Positions 9,158 through 23,282 of a stretch of 64,000 nucleotides of DNA are shown here, in pieces. Where the stretch lies: assembly GCA_047635695.1 (NCBI GenBank), contig JBLILN010000001.1:46559-110558 (forward strand). The letters run 5' to 3'. Source of the DNA: Alphaproteobacteria bacterium (lineage in GTDB: Bacteria; Pseudomonadota; Alphaproteobacteria; UBA2136). Each line of letters opens with the position of its first letter. Within the stretch, counting starts at the first letter, position 1. The notes below the pieces were generated by a model that saw only the letters and a program-made list of their open reading frames with translations, ran no database searches and was not told the origin of the DNA. The position numbers and the translations under genes are program-made.

Positions 9158-10222
9158 CTAAAACCCTTGAAGTTCTTCATCTATAACTGATTTAAGCATG
9201 TTTATGCCAATATCGCTGTCATTAAGGCAAGGCACAACGCTAAAGCTTTTGCCACCAGCTTCTAGGAATGTTTCCTTGCTTTCCATAGACAGCTCTTCGA
9301 GTGTTTCAACGCAGTCCGAAGCGAATGCAGGGGAGATGATAATAATATCCTTAACACCTTTTTGCGGCATTTCTTTCAATGTGGCATCAAGGTATGGCTT
9401 CACCCATTCTTCACGGCCAAAACGTGACTGATAAGCCGTTTGTATTGTGTCATCGCTCAATTTTAATGTTTCTTTGATAAGGGCGGTTGTTTTAACGCAG
9501 TGGCATGGGTAGGGGTCACCACTTTGGAAATATTTTTGTGGAATGCCATGGTAAGAAAAAACCAGTGTGGTTGTGTTGAAGTTTTTGCCTTCATCTTTCA
9601 TGTGCTTTTTAATAGAAGCGCATAAGGCATTTGTATAAGCTTTGTTGTTATAGTAAGGTTTGGCCGTTTTTATGGCAGGCATCCATCTTAATTTTTTAAG
9701 GGCTGCAAAGGATGCGTCAAAAGTCGACGCTGTCGTTACGGCGCTATATTGTGGATAAAGCGGGAACAAGAGTATTTTTTTACAGCCTTTGGCCTTAAGT
9801 GCATTGATTTTTTGCTCAATGCTTGGGGTGCCGTAGCGCATAGCATATTCAACAATAACATCTTCACCTTCGTAAGCTTTTTGCAGTTTTTCGCCTTGTG
9901 AACGTGTGAACGTTAAGAGAGGGGATTCGTTTTTGTCCGTATTCCAAATCTTTTTATAATTTTTTGCACTTCTAAAGGGAATGAAGCTAAGGAGTATAAT
10001 ATTGAGTACGAGCCACCACTTTATGCGGTTACCTTCCACCACGCGCGGGTCACTTAAAAATTCTTTTAAGTAGCGGCGCAGGGAAAAATAGTCAAGTGCA
10101 CTGGGTGTGCCAAGGTTCATAATAAGCACACCTGTATTGTTGGTGCGGCGCTTGTGATCGTGTGTGGGTTCTGTTTTGTAATTCATAGCTGAGAGTTTTA
10201 CATGGAATGCAAAAGGGTGCAA
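9158..10222 (-). CDS. hemH: ferrochelatase
   Basis: GVLIMNLGTPS, YPQYS, SYHGIP and RFGREEWVKPY match ferrochelatase. The start is either TTG 10222 (3 nt after the upstream stop) or ATG 10186. Confidence 0.85.
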   Translation of the reverse strand: MHPFAFHVKLSAMNYKTEPTHDHKRRTNNTGVLIMNLGTPSALDYFSLRRYLKEFLSDPRVVEGNRIKWWLVLNIILLSFIPFRSAKNYKKIWNTDKNESPLLTFTRSQGEKLQKAYEGEDVIVEYAMRYGTPSIEQKINALKAKGCKKILLFPLYPQYSAVTTASTFDASFAALKKLRWMPAIKTAKPYYNNKAYTNALCASIKKHMKDEGKNFNTTTLVFSYHGIPQKYFQSGDPYPCHCVKTTALIKETLKLSDDTIQTAYQSRFGREEWVKPYLDATLKEMPQKGVKDIIIISPAFASDCVETLEELSMESKETFLEAGGKSFSVVPCLNDSDIGINMLKSVIDEELQGF

Positions 10223-10225
10223 GCG

Positions 10226-10801
10226 CTAGATGAGCATACCTTCGGTCACTGTTTGGCATCCACGGTCGGCTTGTTTGAATCTATCGAGCCTGTGTGCATC
10301 ATCGAGGGCGTAAATAAAACTGTTTAAAATAAACTCACTGTCAGGCTTCATGCCCTCACTCTCAAGTATGCCTGCAAAGGCTTTGGCGCGTGTTTTTACC
10401 CATTCAAGCGCTATAGGGTATATTGTTTGAGAATTAACAAGTGCGGGGTCTATGGCAAAAGTAATGGTGTTTGGAATAAGTTTGCCGTGGCTTTCGTGTA
10501 CGGAACGTATAATGCAGGCTGTTATTTTATCACCTTGAATAACATCTTCTATGTCGTAATGCTTACTACCTTGCTTTATATAAGGGCGTTCGAGTTTGTT
10601 TTCTTTTCTAAGGTGGTCTAGCAGTTTACTGTCTTTCATAAAGCCTGAAAGCTGTAAGTTTTCAGCTTCAAGGTCAATATCTGTCTGGTTGCCAATGTAA
10701 ACTTCTGCGTCATTGTCGTTTGTACAAAACAAAAGGGCTGCCGTACTTGTACCAGCAGATACAACTATATAGCGCTTTTCTGTTAAGTTTTCACTGCTCA
10801 A
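10226..10801 (-). CDS. hypothetical protein
   Basis: 191 aa with a TTG start, translationally coupled to hemH. No family recognised. Confidence 0.45.
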   Translation of the reverse strand: MSSENLTEKRYIVVSAGTSTAALLFCTNDNDAEVYIGNQTDIDLEAENLQLSGFMKDSKLLDHLRKENKLERPYIKQGSKHYDIEDVIQGDKITACIIRSVHESHGKLIPNTITFAIDPALVNSQTIYPIALEWVKTRAKAFAGILESEGMKPDSEFILNSFIYALDDAHRLDRFKQADRGCQTVTEGMLI

Positions 10802-10850
10802 TTTTACTGTACCTTGTTGAAAATTATTTACTTATTAGTTGTTCATTTTA

Positions 10851-10881
<31 letters not shown>

Positions 10882-10973
10882 GGTTTTTTCGTCTACATGC
10901 TTGTTAATAGCATTATTCCATGGTAAAAAACGAGTGCAAAATTAACTTAACTTATAAAGGTTAAAGAGTTTAG

Positions 10974-11516
10974 ATGAAAATGACAATGGGTCCAGAGATG
11001 CGTTACGGAAAGGCACTTTATGCACTTTCTATGGAATCTGGTAATGAATCTATTTCTAAAGATGTGGCCTCAGCACTGGCTCTCTTTACAGTAAGTGATT
11101 CTTTACAGGAAACTTTAGCCAACGCTATTATTGAAAAAGAAGCGAAGAAAAAAGTGTTGTTAACACTGCTCGCTGACTTAAAGGCAACAGGTGCTGTGAT
11201 GAATTTTGCCGCACTTATGTGTGACAAAGGTCGTGCAGGTTTGTTTGCAGGCGCCCTTTCATGGTTCCATTTCTACGAAATGGAAGCAAATGGTGTTGTA
11301 ACGGCTAACGTACGCACAGCCATGGCGCTAACAGCGACACAGAAGACAAGTATTAAAAAGTTTGTAAAAGATAATGCGCAAGGCGTGAAAACAGTTGAAT
11401 TAGAAGAAGAATTAGATGCTTCTTTGATTGCTGGTTTCCGTGTACGCATTGGTTCAATTGAACATGATATGAGCGTGCGTGGTCGTTTAGACGTCCTACG
11501 TACATCGTTAAATTAA
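10974..11516 (+). CDS. atpH: F0F1 ATP synthase subunit delta (OSCP)
   Basis: 180 aa, first gene of the atpHAGDC operon. It has a conserved OSCP C-terminus (GFRVRIGSIEHDMSVRGRLDVL). Confidence 0.85.
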   Translation: MKMTMGPEMRYGKALYALSMESGNESISKDVASALALFTVSDSLQETLANAIIEKEAKKKVLLTLLADLKATGAVMNFAALMCDKGRAGLFAGALSWFHFYEMEANGVVTANVRTAMALTATQKTSIKKFVKDNAQGVKTVELEEELDASLIAGFRVRIGSIEHDMSVRGRLDVLRTSLN

Positions 11517-13962
<2,446 letters not shown>

Positions 13963-13993
13963 GAAGCCTCACTATAAATATTAAATTTCTTAA

Positions 13994-15439
<1,446 letters not shown>

Positions 15440-15498
15440 TTAAAAAGCAGTGCCTTACTTCGGTAGGGCACTCCTATTAAAATTAAAGGACTAAACAC

Positions 15499-15900
15499 AT
15501 GCAATTTGATCTTGTAACACCAGAGGAACTTCTTGTAAGCCATGAAGTGACTTACGTGAGTGTACCTGGTAGTGAAGGCTCTTTCGGTGTCTTAGAGGGT
15601 CACCAACCAACACTTTCTACCTTGCAGCCAGGCGCTGTTGAAGTTGAAGTGGACGGTGAAACAAAGCTTTACTATGTTGGTTTTGGTTTTGTTGATGTGA
15701 CAGCCGAAAAAGTAACGGTTCTTGCAGAAGAAGCTATGGCTAAAACGGATATTGATGCAGTCGATACTGAATCACAGCTAGCAGCCGCTTCAGACAAGCT
15801 TTCAAAGCTTATTAAAAGTGCAGGCGAAAAGAGTGATATTGAACAGCTTACACGCAAGGTAACTTGCCTAGAAGCTTGTTTAAAATTAGCAAAAAGCTAG
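15499..15900 (+). CDS. atpC: F0F1 ATP synthase subunit epsilon
   Basis: 133 aa, last gene of the operon, followed by a terminator. Confidence 0.85.
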   Translation: MQFDLVTPEELLVSHEVTYVSVPGSEGSFGVLEGHQPTLSTLQPGAVEVEVDGETKLYYVGFGFVDVTAEKVTVLAEEAMAKTDIDAVDTESQLAAASDKLSKLIKSAGEKSDIEQLTRKVTCLEACLKLAKS

Positions 15901-15916
15901 TTTAACAACATTATAT

Positions 15917-15948
15917 AAGCCCCTATATGTTTTAGGGGCTTTTTATTT
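15917..15948 (+). terminator. rho-independent terminator
   Basis: aagcccct-atatgtttt-aggggctt followed by a T-run, after atpC. Confidence 0.6.
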
Positions 15949-15972
15949 AAATATTAAAAAAGGGTATAAGCC

Positions 15973-16218
15973 ATGATGGTTGTAACAGAAGCTGACCGCG
16001 ACAAGGTTAAGCAGTATTTAAAAGAAGCTGTAAAAGCAACAGAACGTTTAACAGAAGAACAAGCGCATATCCGCGATATTCTTAATACTTTAAAAGCGGA
16101 CCACGATATTCCACCAAAAATTTCTCGTAAAATTATCACGGCGATGCGTAAAGGTAACGCACCAGAAGTGAAAGAAGAGAACGACATGTTTGAAGATCTC
16201 TTCGAAATTGTTGGCTAA
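15973..16218 (+). CDS. GapR-like DNA-binding protein (DUF2312/UPF0335)
   Basis: 81 aa. The coiled helical pattern IRDILNTLKADHDIPPKISRKIITAMRK...EENDMFEDL resembles alphaproteobacterial GapR. Confidence 0.6.
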   Translation: MMVVTEADRDKVKQYLKEAVKATERLTEEQAHIRDILNTLKADHDIPPKISRKIITAMRKGNAPEVKEENDMFEDLFEIVG

Positions 16219-16397
16219 AAATTAAAGCTACAGGCAATATAGTTTTATAAAAAGCTCCGTTTTAGGGGCTTTTTTTTATACTTGTAATGAACCCTAAATA
16301 CCCCCATACTTCTAAGTAAGGAATAAACTTTACCCTTTTAAAACTGCTTGCAGTTAAATAACTTCGCCGCACTTTTTCGAGTGCTAAGGAACCTCTA

Positions 16398-17006
16398 ATG
16401 CAAAACTTAAACGCCATTGAACGTGCATATCATGCATGTGTAAAAGGTGAGGCTGACGCCTTAAAAATGTTAAAGAAAAAGCTGTGGGCGAAGTGTAAAA
16501 CAAACCCCAAAGCTGCTATTTTAACCATGCGCCGTTTGTTGATGCCTTTTGCTGAATATAAACAATATTTAATGAATTTTGACCCCACAAATGACGCTGA
16601 AGGCGCGCATTTATTTGCCGACCTTTTAAATTATGCCGCCAAAGACCCTGCTATTGGTCACAAGGATGTTTATTATCTCTTTAAAGGTTATGCTATTTGG
16701 TTTGCCATCCGTATGGGTTGTAAGCCTTATTGGGCAAACCCTAAAATTGCTGGTAATAACATTGTGAGTATTGCGCTTGTAAGTGCCACAGGTGCTTCTT
16801 TTTATCATGATCCTGACAGGTCAAAATTAGAAACCCTAAAAGTACATTACGCTGATATTTTAGAAAAACGCAGTGCAGAAGGTTTTACACCTTCCGTCTC
16901 ACGCTTTAAAAAAATACGCGCCTTTTTTGAATATTATAAAAAAGGTAAAACCCATCCCTTATCTAAAAAGAGTATAAAATTTTTAGAACGCACACAAAAA
17001 TGTTAA
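16398..17006 (+). CDS. hypothetical protein
   Basis: 202 aa with a clean ATG. No family recognised. Confidence 0.45.
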   Translation: MQNLNAIERAYHACVKGEADALKMLKKKLWAKCKTNPKAAILTMRRLLMPFAEYKQYLMNFDPTNDAEGAHLFADLLNYAAKDPAIGHKDVYYLFKGYAIWFAIRMGCKPYWANPKIAGNNIVSIALVSATGASFYHDPDRSKLETLKVHYADILEKRSAEGFTPSVSRFKKIRAFFEYYKKGKTHPLSKKSIKFLERTQKC

Positions 17007-17020
17007 TGAAGTCTAAAACA

Positions 17021-17052
17021 AAAAAGCTCCTGGTCGGGAGCTTTTTTGTTTG
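17021..17052. terminator. bidirectional rho-independent terminator
   Basis: aaaaaagctcc-tggtc-gggagc followed by T6, between convergent genes. Confidence 0.6.
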
Positions 17053-17176
17053 TTGAGAGGGTATGTTATCTTCATTAGAATCGACCTAATTAGGAGAACA
17101 AGTGTTTTTTCAGTATTAAATTTAACCTATTAGTTTATCGTTTGCAATAACTTTATTAACTCATTTGTTGAATGTG

Positions 17177-18799
17177 CTAAAATTTATACTTGTTTACAAG
17201 AGGGTAGCGCCAGTCTGAGTTGAAGGAAATCTTATGTATTTTAACACCTGGAGCGCCCTGATAGCGTTTGTGCTCGCTATTTTTAAGTAAATTTAAAACT
17301 TTTTCAACCGTTTCTTTTTCATAGCCTTTGTCTGATATTTGTACGGCACTTAATTTTTCTTCAATGGCATATTTTAAAATAGCATCTAATATTTTGTAAG
17401 GCGGTAGGTTATCACTGTCTTTTTGCCCAGGTGCAAGCTCTGGCGTCGGTTCTTTTTCAATGCTATGGGTTGGGATAATGGTTTTGTGACGATTTATATG
17501 GCGGCTGAGTGCGTAAACTTCCGTTTTATAAAGGTCTTTAATAATGTTGAAACCGCCGTTCATGTCCCCATACAGCGTGCAAAAACCTACGGCCACCTCA
17601 CTTTTATTACCTGTTGTCAGCAACAAGGCACCTGTATTGTTTGATAATGCCATTAATATTGTGCCTCTGGCACGGGCTTGTAAATTTTCATGCGTGACAC
17701 TGTTCAGGTCACCTGTTTGTTCAAGCACTTTGGTGATGGCTTTGACAGTGTCTTTAATGGGCAAGGTGTGGGTTTGAATGCCGAGGTTGTTAGCAAGTTC
17801 AAGGGCGTCATTATTTGAATGGTCGCTAGTGTGTTTGGACGGTAATAAAGCGCCTGTCACATTTTGAGCGCCTAAAACATCGACAGCAATGGCCGCTATC
17901 AGCGCACTGTCAATACCACCGCTTAAGCCGAGAATAGCTTTTGTAAACCCTGATTTTTGCATATAGTCGCCAAAGCCCATTTTAAGGGCGCTATATATGT
18001 TTTCTTGCAGTTGTAATGCAGGTTCTGAAGCAACAGTTTTTTCAAACTTGTATAATGCGCCATTTTGCACAAGTGATAAAACGTCGCCTTGAGTGGCCCA
18101 TGGCGCAAATTTGTTTTGTGCGTCTTCGTTTGGGTTAATGGTGAAGCTACGGCCGTCGAATAAAATATCGTCTTGGCCGCCCACAAGGTTGTTATAGAGT
18201 AGGGGTAAACCTGTTTCCCACACACGGTCTTGACAAAAGCCAACACGGAAATCTTCCTTGCCTAATTCGTAGGGTGAGGCGTTGATGGAAATGAAAAAAT
18301 CGGCACCTGCTTTTTTAAGGGTAGAGGCAACTTCAGGCCACCATGTGTCATGGCAAACGAGTAAACCGATATTAATACCTTTAAAAGGAATGGTTTTATT
18401 GTTAATACCCACCGTAAAAACACGTTTTTCATCCATCACACCGAAGTTGGGTAAACACTGTTTGTAAATTGTCTGCTGAATTTTTCGGTTGTGAATAAAA
18501 TGCACGGCATTGTAAATTTGGCCGTCAATGGCATCGCGCCATGGCACGCTAAGGAAGAGGGCGGTATTTTCAACTTTGGCCACAATATCAAGCGTGGCTT
18601 GTTGAAGGTCGTCAATGAATTGTGGTCTTAAAATAAGGTCTTGTGGTGTATATCCACATAAAACAGCTTCAGGCAGAACGCAAATATCGGCTTTTTGCGC
18701 ACATGCCATATTATATTGCTGCAAAACTAACTTAGTATTGCCGACTATATCACCCACTGTGGGGTTTATTTGACCGTTATAAATACGCAGATTAACCAT
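17177..18799 (-). CDS. nadE: glutamine-dependent NAD+ synthetase
   Basis: 540 aa with an N-terminal CN-hydrolase (nitrilase) domain plus a C-terminal NAD-synthase PP-loop (GLSGGIDSAL). Confidence 0.9.
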   Translation of the reverse strand: MVNLRIYNGQINPTVGDIVGNTKLVLQQYNMACAQKADICVLPEAVLCGYTPQDLILRPQFIDDLQQATLDIVAKVENTALFLSVPWRDAIDGQIYNAVHFIHNRKIQQTIYKQCLPNFGVMDEKRVFTVGINNKTIPFKGINIGLLVCHDTWWPEVASTLKKAGADFFISINASPYELGKEDFRVGFCQDRVWETGLPLLYNNLVGGQDDILFDGRSFTINPNEDAQNKFAPWATQGDVLSLVQNGALYKFEKTVASEPALQLQENIYSALKMGFGDYMQKSGFTKAILGLSGGIDSALIAAIAVDVLGAQNVTGALLPSKHTSDHSNNDALELANNLGIQTHTLPIKDTVKAITKVLEQTGDLNSVTHENLQARARGTILMALSNNTGALLLTTGNKSEVAVGFCTLYGDMNGGFNIIKDLYKTEVYALSRHINRHKTIIPTHSIEKEPTPELAPGQKDSDNLPPYKILDAILKYAIEEKLSAVQISDKGYEKETVEKVLNLLKNSEHKRYQGAPGVKIHKISFNSDWRYPLVNKYKF

Positions 18800-18892
18800 G
18801 TTTTTTATGACCCTTATTAAAAAGAGATTATAGCATAAAAAAAGAGAGCAATTAAGCTCTCTTTTTATGTCGATATTGCAGTTGAACAGTGT

Positions 18893-19251
18893 TTAAAATA
18901 ATGACCAGTTACGCCAGAATTTTAAATTTCTGAAGCGTGCTTCACGGTAATGTTCCGTGTAAATGACTTCGAGTTCTTTGTTAACGTCCAATAAAGCATC
19001 ATCCGTTTCATTTTTTTCTGAGTCCGTTTGAATATAAAAAGAACCATGCATATTCCAAAATTTATAACCTAGGCTGCCATTAAGTCTATATTCGACGCAA
19101 ATATGTGGCTCATCTTCTATTTGACGGTCAGTGAAATCGCGCCTGTTATATTCGCCTTCCTGCATACAGTTGTGTTTAAGCAAGGTGTCAAAAACTTGGT
19201 TGGCGGTTTTTGTGGTTAAGGTGTAGTTTTTTCTATGGTATCTGTGTTGGG
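18893..19251 (-). CDS. hypothetical small protein (tandem paralog 1)
   Basis: ATG 19251 with an AGGAGC SD. It shares AxxVFDxLxK and FYIxxDxxK...NKELxxIYxxH segments with the next ORF. A terminator lies downstream. Confidence 0.5.
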
Positions 19252-19352
19252 ACATAGGATTGCTCCTGTTGAAAAAACAATAAGTGTGTATCAAAATAAA
19301 GTATAAGATCTTTTATGTTACTTTACAAGTGGTTGTATGTTTTTAGGTGTTG

Positions 19353-19679
19353 TTATGATGCTGCAATTTCTGCGCAATGCTGTTGGTAAATAATAGCCAA
19401 CTCTTTGTTGGCGTCATTTGTAGATTCATGCGGTGTTTTAACGCCGTCATTTTCAATGTAAAATTGACGATTGGCGTTGTAAAATCTATCGTGCGTATAA
19501 TGGCTTAAAACATAGCGTGTGCAAATATTTTTGCTATCACATTGAATAGACATAAACAATTTGTGCTCGTAGTATTTGTTGCGTAAGAATTTGTATTTTA
19601 CCAAAATATCAAAAACAGCTTGGGCAATTTTTGCGCTTAAATAACTTTGACGTGGTAGGTTGTCTTTGTTGTTAGGCAT
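19353..19679 (-). CDS. hypothetical small protein (tandem paralog 2)
   Basis: 108 aa with SD AAGGA. It is a paralog of the 18893-19251 gene. Confidence 0.5.
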   Translation of the reverse strand: MPNNKDNLPRQSYLSAKIAQAVFDILVKYKFLRNKYYEHKLFMSIQCDSKNICTRYVLSHYTHDRFYNANRQFYIENDGVKTPHESTNDANKELAIIYQQHCAEIAAS

Positions 19680-19823
19680 AGTTTTTCCTTAAAGGGAAAG
19701 TAAAAGAAGAGGTGTGTCGATTGATATTTTTAAACTATCCTTTTTGCACTTGCGCTGTCAATCCTTTATTTTTAAGGCTTTTTATGGCATAAAAGCATGT
19801 AGAAAAATTATTGAGCGAAATTG

Positions 19824-20582
19824 ATGAAAAATTTAAACCTGCCTTGTGAATATGTTGACCCTTTCCGTGAAGAAGACCCTAATTTATGGGTGAAGATAGA
19901 GCATTTAGGGCGTTATATGTTTGCCCGTGACCAGCTTGCGGCTAAAGGGTCTAAATTACACCTCGACCTAGGCTGTGCAACAGGCTACGGTTTGCGTGAA
20001 CTAGAAGGCGTTGTCACACAAGCTGTGGGGATGGACTATGACCAAGATGCATTAGACATCGCGTCAAGCCGCCTCGAGAAAACAAAACTCATTCATATTG
20101 ATTTAGATGAAGCCCCTATTTCTTCTCAAATCAAAGAAAATAGCGTTACGTCTGTTACGGCGTTTGAGTTTATGGAACATGTCGATAATGTCGAAAAACT
20201 TATAGATAACTTGCGCACGGTTATGGTGGAAGGCGGCACTGTAATTGCTTCTGTACCTAATATTTTATTTGAAAAAGAAGACGATCACGGTAACCCAATG
20301 AACCCACACCACGACCGTATTTTTAAAGACGGTGAATTTAAAGCTATTTTAGAAGCGCGTGGTTTTTCAGTGGAAATGGAACTTGGGCAACCACTGGTAG
20401 GCGATTTACCTTTGAAAGAAAAGAAGCTGACAAAGAAAAAAATTATTACAAGCAAGCCTTCACGTTTGCCTGAAATGCAAAAGCCAGACGTGGTACGTGC
20501 CTTTGCCTATATGTTTGCTTATCCACAATGTGAAAATATTGCTAAAACTTATGCTTACACTTTTGTCGCAAAAGCAGTATAG
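19824..20582 (+). CDS. class I SAM-dependent methyltransferase
   Basis: LDLGCATGYGL (motif I) and the acidic motif II. ATG at 19824; the track start at 19821 is TTG. Confidence 0.7.
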   Translation: MKNLNLPCEYVDPFREEDPNLWVKIEHLGRYMFARDQLAAKGSKLHLDLGCATGYGLRELEGVVTQAVGMDYDQDALDIASSRLEKTKLIHIDLDEAPISSQIKENSVTSVTAFEFMEHVDNVEKLIDNLRTVMVEGGTVIASVPNILFEKEDDHGNPMNPHHDRIFKDGEFKAILEARGFSVEMELGQPLVGDLPLKEKKLTKKKIITSKPSRLPEMQKPDVVRAFAYMFAYPQCENIAKTYAYTFVAKAV

Positions 20583-20611
20583 TAAAAAAAATTTTATGAA
20601 GGAGTAAACCT

Positions 20612-20845
20612 ATGACTATTGAAACAGCACTTGAAGCCGTCTATGAATCACTTCATGCCGACAATGACGCGATCGATGCATGTATCGCAAACCTCAAAGC
20701 CGCTATGATCGAAGAAAAAGCGAAAGAAGTTGAAGTAGCGGCTGCACGTTTACCTGTTCCAAACCGTGAAGGACGCAACATGATGAAGTCATACTTTAAA
20801 AAGCGTGGCGTTAAATTGAAGTTTATTATAGCCGCTGCAGAATAA
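20612..20845 (+). CDS. hypothetical small protein
   Basis: 77 aa with SD AAGGAG, followed by a strong terminator. Confidence 0.45.
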   Translation: MTIETALEAVYESLHADNDAIDACIANLKAAMIEEKAKEVEVAAARLPVPNREGRNMMKSYFKKRGVKLKFIIAAAE

Positions 20846-20875
20846 GCATTCTTACAGGTTTGTTTGATTAATTAA

Positions 20876-20906
20876 AAACACTCTCCTTGAAGGGTGTTTT
20901 TTTATG
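20876..20906 (+). terminator. rho-independent terminator
   Basis: 8-bp stem aacactct/agggtgtt with loop ccttga, then T7. Confidence 0.6.
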
Positions 20907-21082
20907 TATACATAAAGTCGAAATTATTGTTGCGGTATTTGTCTGTAAGCGTTATATATAACAGCGACATTATATAGCCTAAGGGCAATCCTTTTTTAAA
21001 GTCTGTTTTTAGGCTAATTCCTACTTATAATACATATTTATGTATTTAAAAGTTTTTAACTTTCACTATGAGGTAATTTATT

Positions 21083-21255
21083 ATGACACCATTTTTATGG
21101 GTTATACTTGTAATAGTTGTGGTTTTTTCACTGGTTTGTGCGGCTCAATGGCTCGCAATGAAATCAAAAGAAAAGCGAGAGGCTGATATGGAATCGTTAA
21201 CGCAGCATGATAATATTTATGATTCTATTCATGATGATAAACGCACCAAATATTA
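21083..21255 (+). CDS. small membrane protein (57 aa, not in ORF track)
   Basis: MTPFLWVILVIVVVFSLVCAAQWLAMKSKEKREAD... has one TM helix. There is a GAGG SD, and a perfect terminator follows at 21268-21300. Confidence 0.4.
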
Positions 21256-21267
21256 ATACTTATATCG

Positions 21268-21300
21268 AAAAAAACCCTGCTTTATGCAGGGTTTTTTATT
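21268..21300. terminator. bidirectional rho-independent terminator
   Basis: aaaaaaccctgc-ttta-tgcaggg followed by T6. It serves the small + gene and the petC (-) operon end. Confidence 0.65.
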
Positions 21301-21326
21301 TGTTGCTTATAGCGCTATATCGTTGG

Positions 21327-22025
21327 CTATTTTTTCACACTTTGCCAAATACGGCGCTTTGTGAAGTAAAGAAGTATCGCCAATAGGAATACGTAAATAA
21401 GAACGAATATCCCAAGCTGTTGACGGCTTTTAAGTTCAGGTTCGGCTGTCCACTGCAAGAAGTAGGTAACATCCTTCGCCATTTGCTTAACAGTCGCTTC
21501 TGTACCATCAATGTATTCTACCTGTTCGTCGCTTAACGGTGTGGGCATGGCAATGTTGTGCCCTGCAAAGTACCTGTTATATGAAGCGCCTTCAGGCAGT
21601 TCATGGTCTGATGGTGCATCCTCGTAACCTGTTAGAAGTGCGTAAACGTAGTTTGCACCGTCACCACGTGCTTTGTTCATAACACTCAAGTCAGGTAATA
21701 TCTTGGCATATACTGCCGCTGCATCTTCGTCTGCAAGGCTTGACATGAAAGGCGCACCGATAGACATTTCCATGTTTGCAGCAAGGCGTTTAATTTCGTC
21801 TTCAGTGAAACCAACCTTTGCAAGGTCACGGTGTTTTATATACTTCATGCTGTGGCATGACATACAAACTTCTGTTGCCACTTGGTAGCCACGTAGTATT
21901 GTATCTTTTTCCCAGTCCGATGTTGCTTTATTAAAGCTCCAGTCTTGCTGAGGGTAATGCATTGCACCAGATGCATAGGCATTACCCGATACAATAAGAA
22001 GGGCCGCTAATAGTAGTTTTTTCAT
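21327..22025 (-). CDS. petC: cytochrome c1 of the bc1 complex
   Basis: A signal peptide, the CMSCH heme-binding motif and a C-terminal TM anchor. It is the last gene of petABC. Confidence 0.9.
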   Translation of the reverse strand: MKKLLLAALLIVSGNAYASGAMHYPQQDWSFNKATSDWEKDTILRGYQVATEVCMSCHSMKYIKHRDLAKVGFTEDEIKRLAANMEMSIGAPFMSSLADEDAAAVYAKILPDLSVMNKARGDGANYVYALLTGYEDAPSDHELPEGASYNRYFAGHNIAMPTPLSDEQVEYIDGTEATVKQMAKDVTYFLQWTAEPELKSRQQLGIFVLIYVFLLAILLYFTKRRIWQSVKK

Positions 22026-22039
22026 ATTTTTAATCCTTC

Positions 22040-23263
22040 TTATATGCTTTTTGGCAGTGGTTTTGTTTTTTCAAACTTCGCAACCCAAGGTAAGGCGAAG
22101 AAGAAGCCAAAGTATAGGAATGTTGCTACTTGAGACATCCATGTATATGGCTGTTCAGCAGGTTTACCACCTAACCAACCAAGGAAGAAGAAGTTAACAA
22201 CAAATAACCAAAACATAACTTTATAGACAGGGCGGAACCTTGCACTGCGCACTTTTGATTTATCCAACCAAGGAAGGACAAACAAAATAGCAATCGCACT
22301 TACCATGGCAATTACACCCAACAACTTACTATCAAGGAAGAAGATGTTGAAGTTGATGGCACGTAATATTGCGTAGAAAGGTAGGAAGTACCATTCAGGC
22401 ACAATATGCGCAGGTGTGCTCATAGGGTCAGCAGGGATGTAGTTATCAGGGTGACCTAAAGCATCTGGCATATAAAATACCATGTAAAGGAAAGGCAGCA
22501 TGTAAATAGACAATCCAAACATATCTTTCACCGTATAGTAAGGGTGGAAAGGTATAAAGTCGGTGTCTTTTTTCAAGTCGATACCTGTCGGGTTGTTTGA
22601 CTTCACCTTACGGTTATGTAGCGCCCATAGGTGTAGGAAAACAAAGGCCAGTATCACAAATGGTAATAAGAAGTGTAATGAGAAGAAACGGTTTAACGTC
22701 GCGTCATTCACACCATAACCACCCCAAACCCAAACAACAATGTCTTCACCCACAAGTGGGATAACAGAGATAAGGTTGGTGATAACTTGCGCACCCCAGA
22801 AGGACATTTGTCCCCAAGGTAAAACGTAGCCAAGGAATGATGTCGCCATCATTAGGAAGAAGATAACAACGCCCATCCACCATAAAACTTCACGCGGGGA
22901 CTTGTAAGACCCATAGTAAAGGCCACGGCCCATGTGCATATAAACCACCATAAAGAAGAAGCTAGAGCCAACCATGTGAAGGTTACGGATTAACCAACCC
23001 CAGTTAACGTCACGCATGATGTGCTGAATACTATCAAAAGCCAAGTTAGCGTCGGCTTTATAATGCATTGTTAAAAAGAAGCCTGTTAAAATTTGCAATA
23101 GAAGTGCAATACCAGCAAGAGAACCAAAGTTCCATGCATAGTTTAAATTTTTAGGTGCAGGGTAGTCTACCAGTTCTTTTTTCATTAAGCTGAAAATTGG
23201 TAGGCGGTCTTCAAACCATTCGAGTTTTGTTTTCGGGTTTGGGTTTACGCTGTGTTTAGCCAT
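22040..23263 (-). CDS. petB: cytochrome b of the bc1 complex
   Basis: A multi-TM protein with the conserved histidines. The ATG giving [24 protein letters not shown] matches the canonical cytochrome b N-terminus. The track start at 23311 is an upstream TTG overlapping petA. Confidence 0.9.
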   Translation of the reverse strand: MAKHSVNPNPKTKLEWFEDRLPIFSLMKKELVDYPAPKNLNYAWNFGSLAGIALLLQILTGFFLTMHYKADANLAFDSIQHIMRDVNWGWLIRNLHMVGSSFFFMVVYMHMGRGLYYGSYKSPREVLWWMGVVIFFLMMATSFLGYVLPWGQMSFWGAQVITNLISVIPLVGEDIVVWVWGGYGVNDATLNRFFSLHFLLPFVILAFVFLHLWALHNRKVKSNNPTGIDLKKDTDFIPFHPYYTVKDMFGLSIYMLPFLYMVFYMPDALGHPDNYIPADPMSTPAHIVPEWYFLPFYAILRAINFNIFFLDSKLLGVIAMVSAIAILFVLPWLDKSKVRSARFRPVYKVMFWLFVVNFFFLGWLGGKPAEQPYTWMSQVATFLYFGFFFALPWVAKFEKTKPLPKSI

Positions 23264-23282
23264 TTTATATAATCCTTTCCCG

